This document shows, piece by piece, positions 1 to 13,800 of a DNA stretch of 64,000 nt; within the stretch, counting starts at the first letter, position 1; each line of letters begins with the position of its first letter. The translations under genes and the position numbers were made by a program. The stretch comes from Dipteris shenzhenensis (taxonomy: Eukaryota). The stretch lies in the NCBI GenBank assembly GCA_047967505.1, contig CM106538.1, one strand, 5' to 3'. Below the pieces are notes generated by a model. That model worked only from the letters and a program-made list of their open reading frames with translations. It was not told where the DNA came from and did no database searches.

Positions 1-1470
1 TCTTTTGGAGACTAACCTCATAGGGAAGGAGTCGCTATTGATGGAGAGCTTACATAGGTGTGGCAACGTTTAGTTGGTGCACTCATCCGAGCCATCCCTC
101 AGTGTCAATAGGAGTTTTGAGTGCCATCCCCTTCTTTGGCATCCAGAGGTCCGCGATTAGGAGGGATGTAAGCTGGGTTGCGCACACATCAATTGGGCAT
201 GGTAAAACAAAGACCCGGCTAGATCCATTGGATCATGGAGTTGGCTTCCTTGGGGGCACAGGTGAGAGCCCTCGTGCACTTGAGATGGTCACGTGGGAGA
301 TACGGAGCCTAGAGGGATGGGGGTTGCGCAAAGCCTCAAATCCCCAAGCTGGTATGAACAATCCTCTAGTATAGGGGTGCCTCAAAGGATCCTTTTCATG
401 CATCAATCCCTCGACGCTTCCTGTTCCATGCACTATAGAGTGGGGCCAAGGGACTTACTTCAGCCAGAGGCAAAGGAAGACCCAAGGTTGGACAAGGCCA
501 TGGATATGCTCGAGTGGCAGCGGATCGTGGACCATTGACCCAGTATCAGTTACCTTGGGGCAGGATTGCTAGCAGCTTTGGTTGTGGGAGAGGTACACTA
601 GGACCAGGGTGGGTGTTTTAGTCTCGTAGAGTAGAACCACTCAAAGAGGATTATAGAGTAGGCCAACAACTATAGTTGGACACAAATGCCTAGACCCCTT
701 TTAGAGAGCGGAATTGGGTTGAGCAGCAGGTGCCCCTAGGGGTCATAACCAGATTCTGGTCCCACCTATGGACTAGGCTCAGTCCATGGAAGATTATGTA
801 TTTCTTCTAAATGGTGGGAAATGGGGGCTGCCCATTGGTCTGTGTATGGGCACTATCTTTGTGGACCTTTCCCGCAGCACATGGATCTGGCAAGGGGCCC
901 TCCAGATTGTGTCTCTAACACATAGGATGGAGTGGGACTTACTTTCTTTGGGTCATGGCATCTTGGTTTGCAAAGAGAGGTCATGCCTATTCCAGATAGA
1001 TAGTTTCACCAGCCTATGAGATTGCTGGACTGAGGGTCATTCGGATCAAAGTATAGGAGTCGATTCCTCATCGCATCAACGGCCTGCACCCTCACCCAAG
1101 GATAGAGTTTGGGAGATGGTATCAAGCACCATTGCTTGGAACATCTGGGTTTCATTGTAGTTTGATGATGGGAGGCTAGTAGGTACGTCCAACAACCACC
1201 CTCGTTGCCATTTGGCAAGAAATCACTACACCATGTGGGAGCAAGGAACGATGGATGCTTGGACAACCCCACCCAAAGGCACTTGCACGTTTTTGCAAGG
1301 CTTGGCTTGCAATTTTATTCTCGTTGGCTGTATAGCCCCCCACTCTGGTCGTTGGTTCTTGTTTCTGATAGAAGCACATTGGACAACAACCAATAATTCC
1401 TTTTACATTCTTCCACAACCAGCACCACACGGACAGCTGATTTGTGTGGTTTGTTTTCTCTCAAGCATTA
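1..1470 (+). mobile_element. Degraded 3' part of an L1-clade LINE ORF2 (different family from the other L1 copies)
   Basis: Around 760-840 it translates RFWSHLWTRLSPWKIMYFF*MVGNG/GLPIG, resembling the zf-RVT pattern (FW..LW....P.KI..F.W.....LP.G). Many stops and frameshifts; boundaries approximate. Confidence 0.45.
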
Positions 1471-1709
1471 ATAAAAGGTCCTTTTCTTGCAGTGGGACCC
1501 AGGGGAGTGGGATTGGATTGATGAGGGGCACCGAGAAGAGCTTTCCCTTCTTTCTCTATACAGTTAGAAATGCCCGGAGGTTTCAGTTCAGCAATAAAGG
1601 TTGGAGGCCCTCTAGAGCGTCACATTAGGATAGTTTTCAAATTTTCGCAGCTATGCGAAAAAACTTTTGGCATAGGCTTTGGAAATCCCTCGAGAATAGA
1701 AAGATCACT

Positions 1710-2165
1710 TGTTATGCTCAAGTCGAGGTAACATGACCTCGGAAGGGTCAGTCGACATTTTCCTTTAAAGGATCAATGTTTGTATTATAGTTGTTTGGAC
1801 TTCATGTAAATGATCAAAAAAGGAATAAAGGTCAAGGTCGACATGGCACTAGACTAGGTGGATCTAAGGCTAAGGGACCTAAATGCATGAAATGTGCCTA
1901 GGGGCAAATGTTTCAAAGATATCCCAAGAGAGGGGTAAATAATGCATTAAGGAAGGACCCTAAATTTAAGACATGTGGCATACTAGATCCATCTAGGGAG
2001 TTTTGGGGCTCGTTGGAATTAAGCAAGCAGAAAGCCTTCACGAAATGTATTCTTTAGGATTCAGCAGAGAAGCTTGCTACCACCGAGGTTGGCTGGGAGG
2101 ATAAACTAAGTACATGTGCCCGTGATTCAACGTAAAGCTAGAAGAAACCAGATTGGGATGTTTCA
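1710..2165 (+). repeat. 5' LTR of Gypsy copy 1 (456 bp)
   Basis: TGTTATGCTC...TTTCA followed by the PBS; direct repeat of 7838-8244 with about 16 substitutions and a 12-bp indel (manual count). Confidence 0.93.
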
Positions 2166-3127
2166 TTTGGTATCAGAGCGCAGGTTATATTGCAAGCGGT
2201 CTGGGACTGGTTGGGCGTTTGACGACGAACAATACGGAGCCCAAACTCTATGTAGATGGTAATTTGATGGTTTGTAAGTCTGGGTAGCATGGATGAACAG
2301 CACGCCACGAGGACTACTGGCTGGTCATGGAATTAGTTACCGCAGGTGATGGCGCAACTGTGGGTTCACGGACGTCATCGCAGTGCTGGTCATGACACTA
2401 GCTGTCGCAGGAGGGTTGGGTTCACGTAAGCTGGTGACGAATTAGGGGACGGACGACGGTACGGTTCACGTAAGCTGGTGATGAAATAGGAGACGGACGA
2501 CGATACAGCTAAACCGCGGGTTCATACCTTGGTATCTCGGAAGGTAGATGTGAAGCAATTTTTGGACACCCGCTGGTTTACAACTAGCTTAGGGCCAAGG
2601 AACTTTGGCCCTTGATACTTGCGTTACATGGAGGTCCTTCAACGTGATAATTGATGCTGGGTGAAAGACCTGTGGACGTGATAAACAATCACTTTTTTTT
2701 TTTGTTCGCAATAGATCATTAACGTTGGGGCTGCGTGGAAAAATTCGATCGATAAAGGACCCGTTGATTAAGGTCTTTGGCCAAAATCAGTTATGTAGGA
2801 CAGATTACGAATGCAAATTGGATCTCCGACAAGGATGTAGCTGAGCCACAGCAAGAACAACATGATCTCTCTATGCTACGTGAATGACCAGGGAGCTTTC
2901 TATGCCTTCTAAGTTTGTTGCTTTCGTGTTTGAGTTAATTTGGGTTGCAGAAGTTTCCCTAGTATAGGGAAAAGTGGTTTTTAGTTATGGTGTGATATAT
3001 ACTTGGTTAGCTGTAAAATTGGAGGTTGGACTTTCAATTTGTAATTACAGTTGCAAGCGGTATTTTTATTTATAAAATATTTAGATTGAAAAAAAAAAAC
3101 CACACATACATACACCCATTGACCTGA

Positions 3128-6100
3128 ATGGAGGTAGAAGAAGAAGCTTTGAGGATGGATCCCGTAGAGTTGGGCGGCCGACCCAGCAGGTATCGCGCCC
3201 AGCAAGTCATACACTGCCAGAATTGCAATGTTAGAGGATGCCTTGCAACAGATTTTTGCGCAGCAGTTACAAACAAATGTAAGGCAGTCTGAGCTCGGGA
3301 AAATGGTGCATAGTATGTCTGCCAAACCATCTCGTGAGGAGAAAGGTAAATCTCCAATGGAACCGGAGTCTAGTGTTTGTACGGTCGAGCCTAGGAGGGC
3401 TAAGGTGCCTAATATTACCAATTATAGGCCAGAAAAGTATTCTGGTCGGATGTCTGACCGTAGTTCCGATATCATTGACACCTGGTTACACAAATGGGAC
3501 AAACCATTCGCCATTTGTGAAATCAGGAATGATATGAAGAAAATCCGCGAGGCCACCCATATGTTTAATGAGGCAGCGGATAGGTGGTGGATAAAACAGC
3601 AGAAAGATGGAGTAGCATCCACTACCTAGAAGGGGTTTAAAAACAAATTTAGAAAACACTTCCTACCTCCTGACAAAGCAGAGCTTGGGATCAGTATCGA
3701 AACCTTCGTCAGAGAAATTGATCTGTGGCAGAATACACTAATAAGTTTAGAGAAAGTGTAATGAAGGTTGATGAACCCCTACCTCAGTCAATCCAAGTAA
3801 AAGATTTTATCTTTGGATTGAATGATCGGATAAAGATGGAAGTTCGAGCTAAGTATGCGAACACGCTAGATGAAGCAACTGCCATAGCCCTGAACTATGA
3901 GGATGCAAAAGGGAACAGACCAAGTGGGTTTGTGCAGGTTGGGACTCAGTACGAGTACCGGAGGAAAACTGGGTTTAAGAAGAAGTGGATTAGCAAAGGG
4001 AGTGCCTCACAGCCTAGTGGTCATGGAAAGATTATCCACGAAACAAAGATCGTCGGATGGCTGAGATGGTGGTCTCAGAATGCGACATGGAAATGGAGGG
4101 AAGTCCCAGAGCAGAACAGATGCAGATTCAGCTAGCAGGATCTTCTCAAAGGTCAGTATCTTTTTTGTTATGTGTGTTTGTTGCTAAGTTAGTAACTAGT
4201 GCACCTGATAATATCCTGTCAAAGCCCGCAGCAACGGGGTATACAGCCTTTAATGATACGGAGTTAATTAAGATGAAAGGGCAAGTAGCTAATCATCCGG
4301 TCATTGTGTTGTTTGACTCAGTGTCAACGCACAATGTAATTAACTCCAAGCTCGTAAAGAGGCTGAAACTAAATGCTAGCCCATCTGACTATGCATATAC
4401 AGTCAGGATGGCATACGGAAGTTCAACTGAAGTATGGGACCAAAGGGTTACCCAGTTGGAGCTTCGAATTCAGGACTATGCTGAGAAGCTTGACTTTGAA
4501 ATGACTAAGCTTGCTCATGCAGACATAGCCCTGGGTAAGGGTTGGCATTCTAGGAAGAATCCAGCCATAGATTGGAAAAAGCACATTTATCAATTCAAGA
4601 TGAATGATGTGTTGTATGTCTTATGAGGTGAAAGGGATATACCTCAAGGACCGTTGGTTTCCGTGATAGAAATTCAAAAAGCTCAAGAAGAGTTTTTGTT
4701 TCTTTGTACAGCATTGGTAGAGCCGATTGATGATTCTTCGACTAGCATTGATGTTGCTCAAAATGGAGAGATGGCCAAGCTGGCTGATCAAATAACAGAG
4801 GAGTTCTCTTATTGTTTTAGGGATGAGCTACCTTATGGGTTACCTCCAAAGCAGAATGTTCAGCATAAGATTGAACTAATCTCGGGAGCAGAACCTGTAA
4901 ATAGACCTCCCTATAGGTTGAGTTTTACTGAAGAGGCGGAGGTGCGAAGACCTCAAGTTGGGACAGATTCAACTAAGTTTTTCACCTTTTGCTTTGCCAG
5001 CGATATTAAAGAAAAAGAAAGATGATACTTTTCGTCTCTGTATAGATTACAGAGCATTGAATAATATCACTATTAAGCACAGGTATCCAATGGCTCGGAT
5101 CAATGATTTGCTAGATGCATTACATGGAGCCGTAATTTTCAGTAAGATAGATCTTAAGTGTGGCTACCATCAGATCCGTATTAGAGCCAAGGATGTGCAT
5201 AAAACCGCTTTTAGAAGCAGGTTTGGACATTATGAGTTTTTGGTAATGCCCTTAGAACTTACCAATGCTCCAGCTACATTCGTCATGCTTATGAACGATT
5301 TACTACGTCCGTATATCAAAAAGTTTGTAGTACACTTTATTGACGATATTCTGGTATTCAGTAAGAGTATTACTGAGCATTATGAACACTTAGGAATAGT
5401 GTTCAGTGCTTTGAGAAAAGCCAGTCTTTATGTAAATAAAAAGAAAACTATACTGTGTATGGTAAGACTTGAATATTTAGGATTCATAATTACTCCTGAG
5501 GGGGTAGAAATGGATCCAAAGAAAGTGGCTGCGATGCTGACTTGGCCAATCCCTCACTGACCGCTTTGCGATCATTCTTGGGATTTGTCCAATTTTATCG
5601 AAGGCATATCAAAGGATATTCCGAAATAGTATCGCCATTGATTGATCTAACCTCAGATAAAGTACCTTTTATATGGGGACAGAATCAACAGGAAAGTTTT
5701 AACACCATAAAACAAGCTGTGATCTCAAGACCGGTGTTAAAAATAGTTGATCCCCAGAAACCGTTTTTCCTTGAAACCGATGCAAGTGGCATTGCAGTAG
5801 GAGCAGTTCTCCTCCAAGAGGGAAGGCCAGTAGCCTTTGAAAGCAAGAAGCTTTCTCCCTCTCAACGGAGTTGGCCAACTCATGAATTAGAGTTGTATGT
5901 TGTTGTCCATGCTCTGAAAACATGGAGACATTATTTGTATGGATCAGAGTTCTATGTGGATGTTGATGATAATACTCTGAAACATTTTTGTAAACAACCT
6001 GACTTGAGAGGCCGCCAAGCTAGGTGGGCAGAACTCATGCAGGAATTTAATTTGACGATTTAGAATCAACAGGAAAGTTTTAACACCATAAAACAAGCTG

Positions 6101-7825
6101 TGATCTCAAGACCGGTGTTAAAAATAGTTGATCCCCAGAAACCATTTTTCCATGAAACCGATGCAAGTGGCATTGTAGTAGCAGCAGTTCTCCTCCAAGA
6201 GGGAAGGCCAGTAGCCTTTGAAAGCAAGAAGCTTTCTTCCTCTCAACGGAGTTGGCCAACTCATAAATTAGAGTTGTATGTTGTTGTCCATGCTCTGAAA
6301 ACATGGAGACATTATTTGTATGGATCAGAGTTCTATGTGGATGTTGATCATAATACTCTGAAACATTTTTGTAAACAACCTGACTTGAGAGGCCGCCAAG
6401 CTAGGTGGGCAGAACTCATGCAGGAATTTAATTTGACGATTCAGTACCGAAGAGGAAAGGATAATAAAGTTGTTGATGCGTTGTCACGCATTATGCATAA
6501 TATGAGTTTCACGGTATTAGAGAGTGCTCTAATGAGCGAGATTAGAGAAACTCAAAAGGTGGACGAGTTCGTCCAGAGCCTTTGGCCTAAGGCTCATGTA
6601 TTAAAACCCGAGGAAAAGGATGACCTGGCATCCAGAAAAGACCAAACTTATGCGAGATATGCCATAAGGGATGGTATGCTGAAAAGAAATGGCAAGGTAG
6701 TAGTACCTAATCAAAATGATCTCAGGCAGAGAGTCATTCGACAATGCCATGATAGCCCATGTGCGAGATAGCATTTCCATGGACTTTATTGTAAGTCTGC
6801 CTATGACACAAGGTGGATATGATTCTATCCTTGTGGTGGTTGATCGTCTTACTAAGATGGCTCACTACATTCCAACTAGAGAGTCTGTTAGTGCCCCGCA
6901 AGTGGCGGATTTGTTTATTAGACATATATTTCGTTTGCATGGATTACCCAAGTCCATAGTGTCAGACAGAGATGTCAAATTTACCGATCATTTTTGGACT
7001 GCGGTATTTGAGACACTAAGGACTGAGTTGGGAATGAGTAGTGGGGATCATCCAGAAACACATGGTCAGACGGAAAGAATCAACCAAATTTTAGAGGATA
7101 TGCTTAGAGCATATGTGTCATTGAGGCAACATACATGGGACAAGTGGTTGCCATTGTTAGAGTCTGCCTACAATGATAGAAAATATTCCTCTACAAGGTT
7201 CAGTCCGTTTGAGCTGAACTATGGTTATAGGCAGCAAATCCAACTATAGTTGGAATACCAGAAAGTGCCTAGTGCCGCGAACTTTGTGGTTCAGATGTGG
7301 GAGATGCTAGCACTTGCGAGAGCTAACATCCGCCAAGCTATGGATAGAGCTAAGAACGTATGCGGATGAAAACCGATCCGCTAGAGAATTTAAGGAATGA
7401 GAAAAAGTTTTTCTCAGAGTTCCTTCGCACTCTAAGTCTTTGACTGCAGGAGAGTGTGCTAAGTTATCACCTCGATATTGTGGGCCATGGTTAATTCTAA
7501 AAAGAGTAGGCAAGGTAGCCTATAAATTAGAATTGCCACAGGGTTGTAAGGTGTACCCAGTGTTTCATGTTTCTCGTTTAAAGAAATTTTTGCATACATG
7601 TGACTCACTAATTGAGGGTGTTGTTTTGTTTCAGGAGATAGAGGATAATGCAAGACGCGAACCAACAGGAATCCTGGACTGAGGAACAATGCAAGTGCGC
7701 AATCGGAAGATACCCATGGTGTTGATTGCATGGCATGGTCTACCTCTATCAGAAGCTACTTGAGAATCCGTATACCAGTTACGAAGAGTGTTCCCAGACT
7801 TTATCATCGAGGATGCTGATGCTGA
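3128..7825 (+). pseudogene. gag-pol of Gypsy copy 1 (frameshifts, stops, internal deletions)
   Basis: Protease LFDSVSTHN, RT ..HFIDDILVFS, RNase H LETDASG, integrase core SISMDFIVSLP..SDRD..GQTER, C-terminal chromodomain (VLIAWHGLPLSEAT*ES). Gag zinc knuckle and half of the integrase HHCC region are deleted relative to copy 2. Confidence 0.92.
5681..6442 (+). repeat. 381-bp tandem duplication of the RNase H region
   Basis: AGAATCAACAGGAAAGTTTT...AATTTGACGATT occurs at 5681-6061 and again at 6062-6442, nearly identical. Confidence 0.95.
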
Positions 7826-7837
7826 AGAGGGAAGGAA

Positions 7838-8244
7838 TGTTACGCTCAAGTCGAGGTAACATGACCTCAAAAGCGTCAGTCGACATTTTCCTTTAAAGGA
7901 TCGATGTTTGTATTATATTTGTTTGGACTTCATGTAAATGATCAAAGAAGAAATAAAGGTCAAGGTCCTTGGTGTGGGTGACATGGCACTAGACTAGGTG
8001 GATCTAAGGCTAAGGGACCTAAATGCATGAAATGTGCCTAGGGGCAAATGTTTCAAAGATATCCCAAGAGAGGGGTAAATAATGCATTAAGGAAGGACCC
8101 TAAATTTAAGACATGTGGCATACTAGATCCATCTAGGGAGTTTTAGCGCTCGTTGGAATTAAGCAAGCAAAAAGCATTCACGAAATGTATTCTTCTGGAT
8201 TCAACAGAGAAGCTTGCTACCACCAAGGTTGGCTGGGAGGATAA
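7838..8244 (+). repeat. 3' LTR of Gypsy copy 1, lacking its last ~60 bp
   Basis: Follows the PPT and matches the 5' LTR up to GGGAGGATAA, then runs directly into L1 sequence. Confidence 0.9.
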
Positions 8245-9108
8245 TCATGGAGGGATTGCGATGAACTTGTGGAGATCCAGGTTCGTCCTCGCTGTCACAA
8301 GGCAGTTGAGTCAATGCAACATTGCCTTTGGGAGTGCAGACAGGCAAGGACGATCTAGAAAGGTGTTGCTAGGATTTTCAGCATCTTTCATACAGCACCT
8401 TTCTATATGACCTAGGGTTCAGTGGCTTGGTTATCTCTTATTAGCCCCACACGTGTTTTTCGAGGGACATGATCCAAATCCAACTTTCATTGTACGGCAA
8501 CATTCAGTGGAGTCTTGTTCCCTCCAGGATGTTCCCCTCAATCCTTTCAGAGCTGCTCATGCCTTAGTAGACATGTCTTGGGAGATTTTTGCTAGCATTG
8601 CAGCTTGGCATATTTGGAGAGCCAAGTGTACAGAGGCGATGGAGGGTATCCAAGTTCACCCTTCCCAGACCATGGCCAGTATTTGGATTGACGCAGTATA
8701 CACTCTGATGGCCATTTGGGCGAGTATGCAGGGATCCTCCGGAGCAGCCACTGCCAAGAGAGTTACTTTTTTTAGAGTTTGGAGGGGATCTCCTTTCTTC
8801 TCTGAGTTTCCTTCAGGGTTAAGATGGCATTTTCAGCCTCCGCCTTGGTTCTTTATTAGCTCTCACTTTGAGCTGTTTTTTCCTCATGCATTGCATGATG
8901 TACTCCTGCATTTGAGCTCGCTCTCGCGGTTTTGATTCATACTTAATGAAGTAATTTTCTTGAAAAAAAAAAAAAGGTCCTTTTCTTTGGATTTAAGGAG
9001 CAATTCCTTGCATTCATTGCTTGCATTAGTTCAATATATGCATGATTGCTGCGTTGACTCTATCTTAAGGTGCCCTAGTATCAAGAATCAAAATTCTCTC
9101 TTTTGCAG

Positions 9109-9216
9109 GCTTTGGCAAAGGCATTGACAGAGGATGACTTCTTTTATCTCGGAGCTCAATTTATGCATTTAAGACCGGACAAAGATGGAGCGATTTGCTT
9201 AGAGAACTTTAAAGGG
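9109..9216 (+). CDS. CRK: CDPK-related kinase (CRK), exon in the degenerate EF-hand region
   Basis: ttttgcAG|ALAKALTEDDFFYLGAQFMHLRPDKDGAICLENFKG|GTgag; 108 nt, phase 0. Matches the CRK pattern ALSKTLT.DELFYL..QF.LLEP.K.G.ISLEN.K. Confidence 0.9.
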
Positions 9217-9345
9217 GTGAGTTTCTCAAGCATTGGAACTTACCTATTAGATATGACTTGCATAGAGTAACGAGTCAAGTCATCCAAGCACTCTATTGAT
9301 GCATGCAATCCAAATTAAACAAAATGTAATTGATGTGTGGAGCAG

Positions 9346-9408
9346 GCACTTTTAAAATTTGCAACTGATGCAATGAATGACTCTCAGGCTTATAGCATAC
9401 TTAAATCG
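9346..9408 (+). CDS. CRK: CDPK-related kinase (CRK), 63-nt exon
   Basis: cAG|ALLKFATDAMNDSQAYSILKS|GTaag; matches CRK ALMKNATDAMKESR. Confidence 0.9.
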
Positions 9409-10894
9409 GTAAGGAACTATCCCATTAGTAACTCTTGTATTTTTTATGCCTTGCAAAATGTCCCTTCTTAGTTTTTCCAAGTTCGTACTACATAGTGTTC
9501 CTTAATTCATAAAAGATTTGGATTTTTTATGCCTATAAACAGACTCACATCGGGAAATAGAGCACATAGCTAAGCACAATAGAGGCTTTGGAAAAGCTCA
9601 GGTTTAGAAACTTTAAATATTGGTGTCCCTAGTTAAAACCAGACTCAATAGAATAAATACATGAAAATAATAAATTGTTCTTCCAAAGTGAAATTTCAGT
9701 TTCACAATATACAAATAAAAGAACTCTTAATTTTCAAAAGAGGGCCATTGGAACTTCTAATTTCTCCCCTTTGCAACTAAAATGGCAATATTTTCCTTCT
9801 CAATAAATGTAAAGGATCAGAGATCCCGAGTCCAATTCCCATGTGAGATACATCAAGTAGAAAGATTTTAAATAGATTTAACCAAACATGGCCAAAAAAC
9901 CTCCATTCCATTTAGTCTGCAGAATTTTGGCCTTCCAGGAGCACACTAAACAGAGGCATATTTACACAGGCAGAAGGGCCATAAAGGGCTCTCAAAAGGG
10001 GAGCAGGGACTCAAATTGGTAGCTATTGAAGCCCACCAGAAGGTACATGGCACAAAGGATTTGTCTACAGCAGTCTTTGCAACATATAGAGCCACCTTTG
10101 GTACCTTACCTCATCGCTTGTATGCTGCAGGTGTTGGTACATGTATCGGCAAAATTTGTACTTGGATTTCTACATCTATATACCTATTCTTTTGGCTGTA
10201 CATTGATTGTTCTATCTTCGAACCCTGAAGTGTTTGTTTCACATGCATGAATACAGACTGAGTTGTTGTCTCATGTGACATTGTGTGATCTTAAGGAAGT
10301 TCTCTGCTGCTGCAGGGCTCTTCTCATTCTCTATATCTATATAAAGGGTTGTAGGCTCAACCCTTAGTCATTATTGTGACCATCTCTCTATCTCTGTCTC
10401 TGTCTCTCTCTCTCTCTCTCTCTCTTCTCCTCCGCTCCACCTTTGCTCACACGTCCCTCGTAAGTCAGCTTTAGGTTATTGTTAGTGTTGTCATAAACAG
10501 CATCAATGTTAGAGTAAATCCTCTCGAGCACACCATACAACTCTGCTCCAATCCGTGTAACTCCTTTTCCCTAGCCCATACAGCTCCGCCGCTCCAGACC
10601 ATATAGCTTCGCTCCCCCCCTATTGTATACAGTGTTGCTCCCAGCCCTTACAGCTCCTCCGCTCAATTTCTCTTTAATTAAAATAGCATCAAACTCTAAC
10701 CCTAAACAAGGCACAGGGTGGTATACCCCTTTTTTCCTCATTCAGTTTGAGTTGGGCTGAACCCCCAGCCTAACTCAGAGGTTAGTTTCAGCCACGGGCT
10801 ACCTAGGAAGGGACAACATGGAGCCAATGGAATTTCCCATTGTTTGAACAATCAAATGGATATTCAATGAAGAAGGCTATACAAAAGACAATCT

Positions 10895-13800
10895 TTTTTT
10901 TTCCCCAAGAAAATTACTTCATTAAGTATGAATGAAAACTACGAGAGCGAGCTCAAATGTGGGAGTACATCATGCAATGCATGAGGGAAAAAAAACAGCT
11001 CAAAATGAGCTAATGGAAAACCAAGGCGGAGGCTGAAAATGCCACCTCAACCCTGAGGGAGACTCAGAGAAGAAAGGAGATCCTCTCCAAACTTTGAAAA
11101 AAGTACCTCTCCTGGTAGTAGCTGCTCTAGAGGATCCATGCATGCTTGCCCATATGGACATCAAGTACGTACTGTGTCGGTCCAAATACTAGCCATAACC
11201 TAGGAAGGGTGAACTTGAATACCCTCCATCGCCTTTGTACACTTGGCTCTCCAAATATGCCAAGCTGCAATGCTAGCCAGAATCTCCCAAGACGTGTCTA
11301 CTGAGGCATGAGCAGCTCTGAAAGGAGTGAAGGGAACATTCTGGAGGGAACAAGACTCCACTGAGTGTCCCCATACAATGAGAGCTGGATTTGGATCATG
11401 TCCCTCGAAAAACACCTGAGGGCCAATAAGAGATAACCAAGCCATTGAACCCCAAGTCATATAGAAAGGTGTTGTATGAAAGATACTGAAAATCCTAGCA
11501 ACCAACACCTTTCCAAATCGTCCTCACCTATCTGCACTCCCAAAGGCAATGTTGTACTAACTCAACTACAATGTGACAACAAGGACAAGTAGGGTCAACC
11601 CCGAACCTGGATCTCCACAAGTTCACTGCAATCCCTCCATGAATAGAAAGCCAAAAGAAAAGAGCAATCCATTCCCACTCCCCTGGGTCCCACTGCAAGA
11701 AGCTAATAGGGGAACCTCCATATAACCAAAGTCTCCAAGACCCTGGTGCAAGGAGAAGAGGATCGAGGTCAAGATACCGCTCTGAAACCTGCAATCTTGA
11801 TAGGCTGAAAGACAACCTCCAAAAGAATATCATTAGAAGATCTTAGAAGTCTGCCTCCCGACTGAACGTCAAAGACTAGGATATCCTCATGTGCATCCTG
11901 CAGGGCAATAATCTGTAACGGAATGCTCATCCCTGAAAACGCTCCCCACCAAGTGGACTCTGTGTCAGCATGTCATCTGTATCAATCCACTCTAGCAGAA
12001 TGGCTTCCTGTAGCTACTGTATCCTGACTGCACTCCCTCTGAGGTGGTCAATTGCTATAAGTCTCTGATCCTCTGGAAGTCTCATAAAGACCTGCCAGGC
12101 GCCTACTGTAGAAGTAGGTCCCCTCTCCCATCTAGACCATTGCATATAATGTGACACTTCAAGTGGCTTGCCATGGTTCAAAATCGAGTCATTACACATG
12201 ACTGGCTGCCTGTGAATTTCTTCACGAGAGGTGGGTGGAACTCCGCGAAGAGTGTTTCTGAAACATCCCCAAGCTTTCTGAATAGCAGCCATGAGAGGGG
12301 AAGGGGGAGATTTGAGATGGGCTGAAGTAAAGATCCATCTGATACTATCCATCCAATCTCCCCCATGAGATGGGGTACAAGAAAGAATGCTGCGTGATAA
12401 AAAATCTTTTCAGGACTCCTGTCCAGGCATCAATCCACGTGCTACGAAGGTGCAGAGCAAGTTCATACACTGCAAGTTCGGATCAATGATATTGAGACCT
12501 CTTGTGGGGAGAATGAGGGTCTCCCGAGCCACCCTGACTACAACATCTAAGGTGCCATCTAAAACGATCCATAGGAAGTTCCTGATAGGTCTCATGAGTT
12601 GAGCGATACAACCTCTAGATCTGCACCAACATGAGCAAACGAACCAGGCAGTGGCCAATAATACCTGGTTCACAACCACAACTCTGGATGCAAGGTCAAG
12701 TCTGGCAGAACTCCAAAAGATGAGTTTCCTCATGATACTCTCCAACATGGGAGCAAACTGCTGTGCCAGAGAGATGCCGACCCCAACCTGGCATCCCAGA
12801 TATCTGACGGAAACTCCCCTCTGAATCCAGGTGAACCCTATGTCATTTCCCCAGTCTGGAGTGTCCTCATCACTGATCCAAAAGCCATTGGATTTGTTCC
12901 AGTTAATGTGTGAACTTGCTGCAATGCAAAACAAATCCAATGCCGTCCTTAATGAAGTCAGTGTCTGTGAAGTGGCATCCAAAAAAACAGCCGTATCATC
13001 TACCAACTGACTATCTAAGAGCTCATCCTCCTGTCTCAAAGAAAACCTGAGCCCTACAATACCAGCTTAAGCTCTAATGTAATAGCTTATAGCTTCAGCC
13101 AACCACAAATAGGAATAGAAAGGAGGCTAAGGGGCATCCCTGGCGGACTGATCTCGTAATCTCAAACCTATCTCCCCTGACTCTCCCATTAAGAACATGG
13201 CTGTGGGCTGAGCTGTAGAGGGCTGCCATCCCTCTGATCCATGCATCTAAGAAACCAAAGCGAGTAAGTGTGCCCTCCAGAAAGCCCCAGAGCTTTCTCA
13301 AAGTCTAAGAGTAGAATGGACAGCCTCTCGCCATTATGCATGGCCCAATCCATAGCCTCCCAAAATGAGAAAATGTTATCAAAGATGCTCCTGCCATGCA
13401 CAAATCCCGTCTGCGTATCATGGATAAGATCTGGGAAAAAGGGCTGCAGACGAAGGCTAATAGCTTTAGCTAGGATTTTACACAAGGTAATCAGTATCCA
13501 CTGAGACACTAAATTCCTGCAACTCCCTTTCGGAATCAAATTAATGAGGCCCTCTATAAGTGAGTCTGGCATCTCACCCGAGTTCCATACACCCTGCAGG
13601 GCTGAAGTATCCCCAATCTGATCCCAAAAATTAATAAAAGATAAGGGGGTAAGTCCATCTAAACCAAGACACTTGCAATTGTGAAGGGCACAGAGAGCAA
13701 TCCTTAACTCTATGTTGGTGCAGGGTGCATCAAGTGAGACAGTCATATCCCCTGTCACCAACCCAGGTAAGTGTCGCCAGATAACCACTCTAGCATCATT

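Larger units (their letters stand above)
1710..8244 (+). mobile_element. Ty3/Gypsy chromovirus LTR retrotransposon, defective (copy 1)
   Basis: 5' LTR TG..CA 1710-2165, PBS tRNA-iMet TGGTATCAGAGC 2168-2179, gag-PR-RT-RH-INT-chromodomain order, PPT GAAGAGGGAAGGAA 7824-7837, 3' LTR from 7838 truncated at 8244. Confidence 0.95.
1489..8975 (+). mobile_element. 5'-truncated L1-clade LINE, split by a Gypsy insertion
   Basis: L1 ORF2 C-terminus (LQWDPGEW.. at 1489-1709; HGGIAMNLWRSRF..WHFQPPPWF at 8245-8935) and poly(A) at 8963-8975. 16-bp TSD AAAAGGTCCTTTTCTT at 1473-1488 and 8972-8987. Confidence 0.88.

Noticed and set aside
9910-10385. Solo LTR (similar suspicion for 33020-33680 and 46540-46900)
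   Set aside because: No convincing TG..CA termini with a TSD and no second copy in the window.
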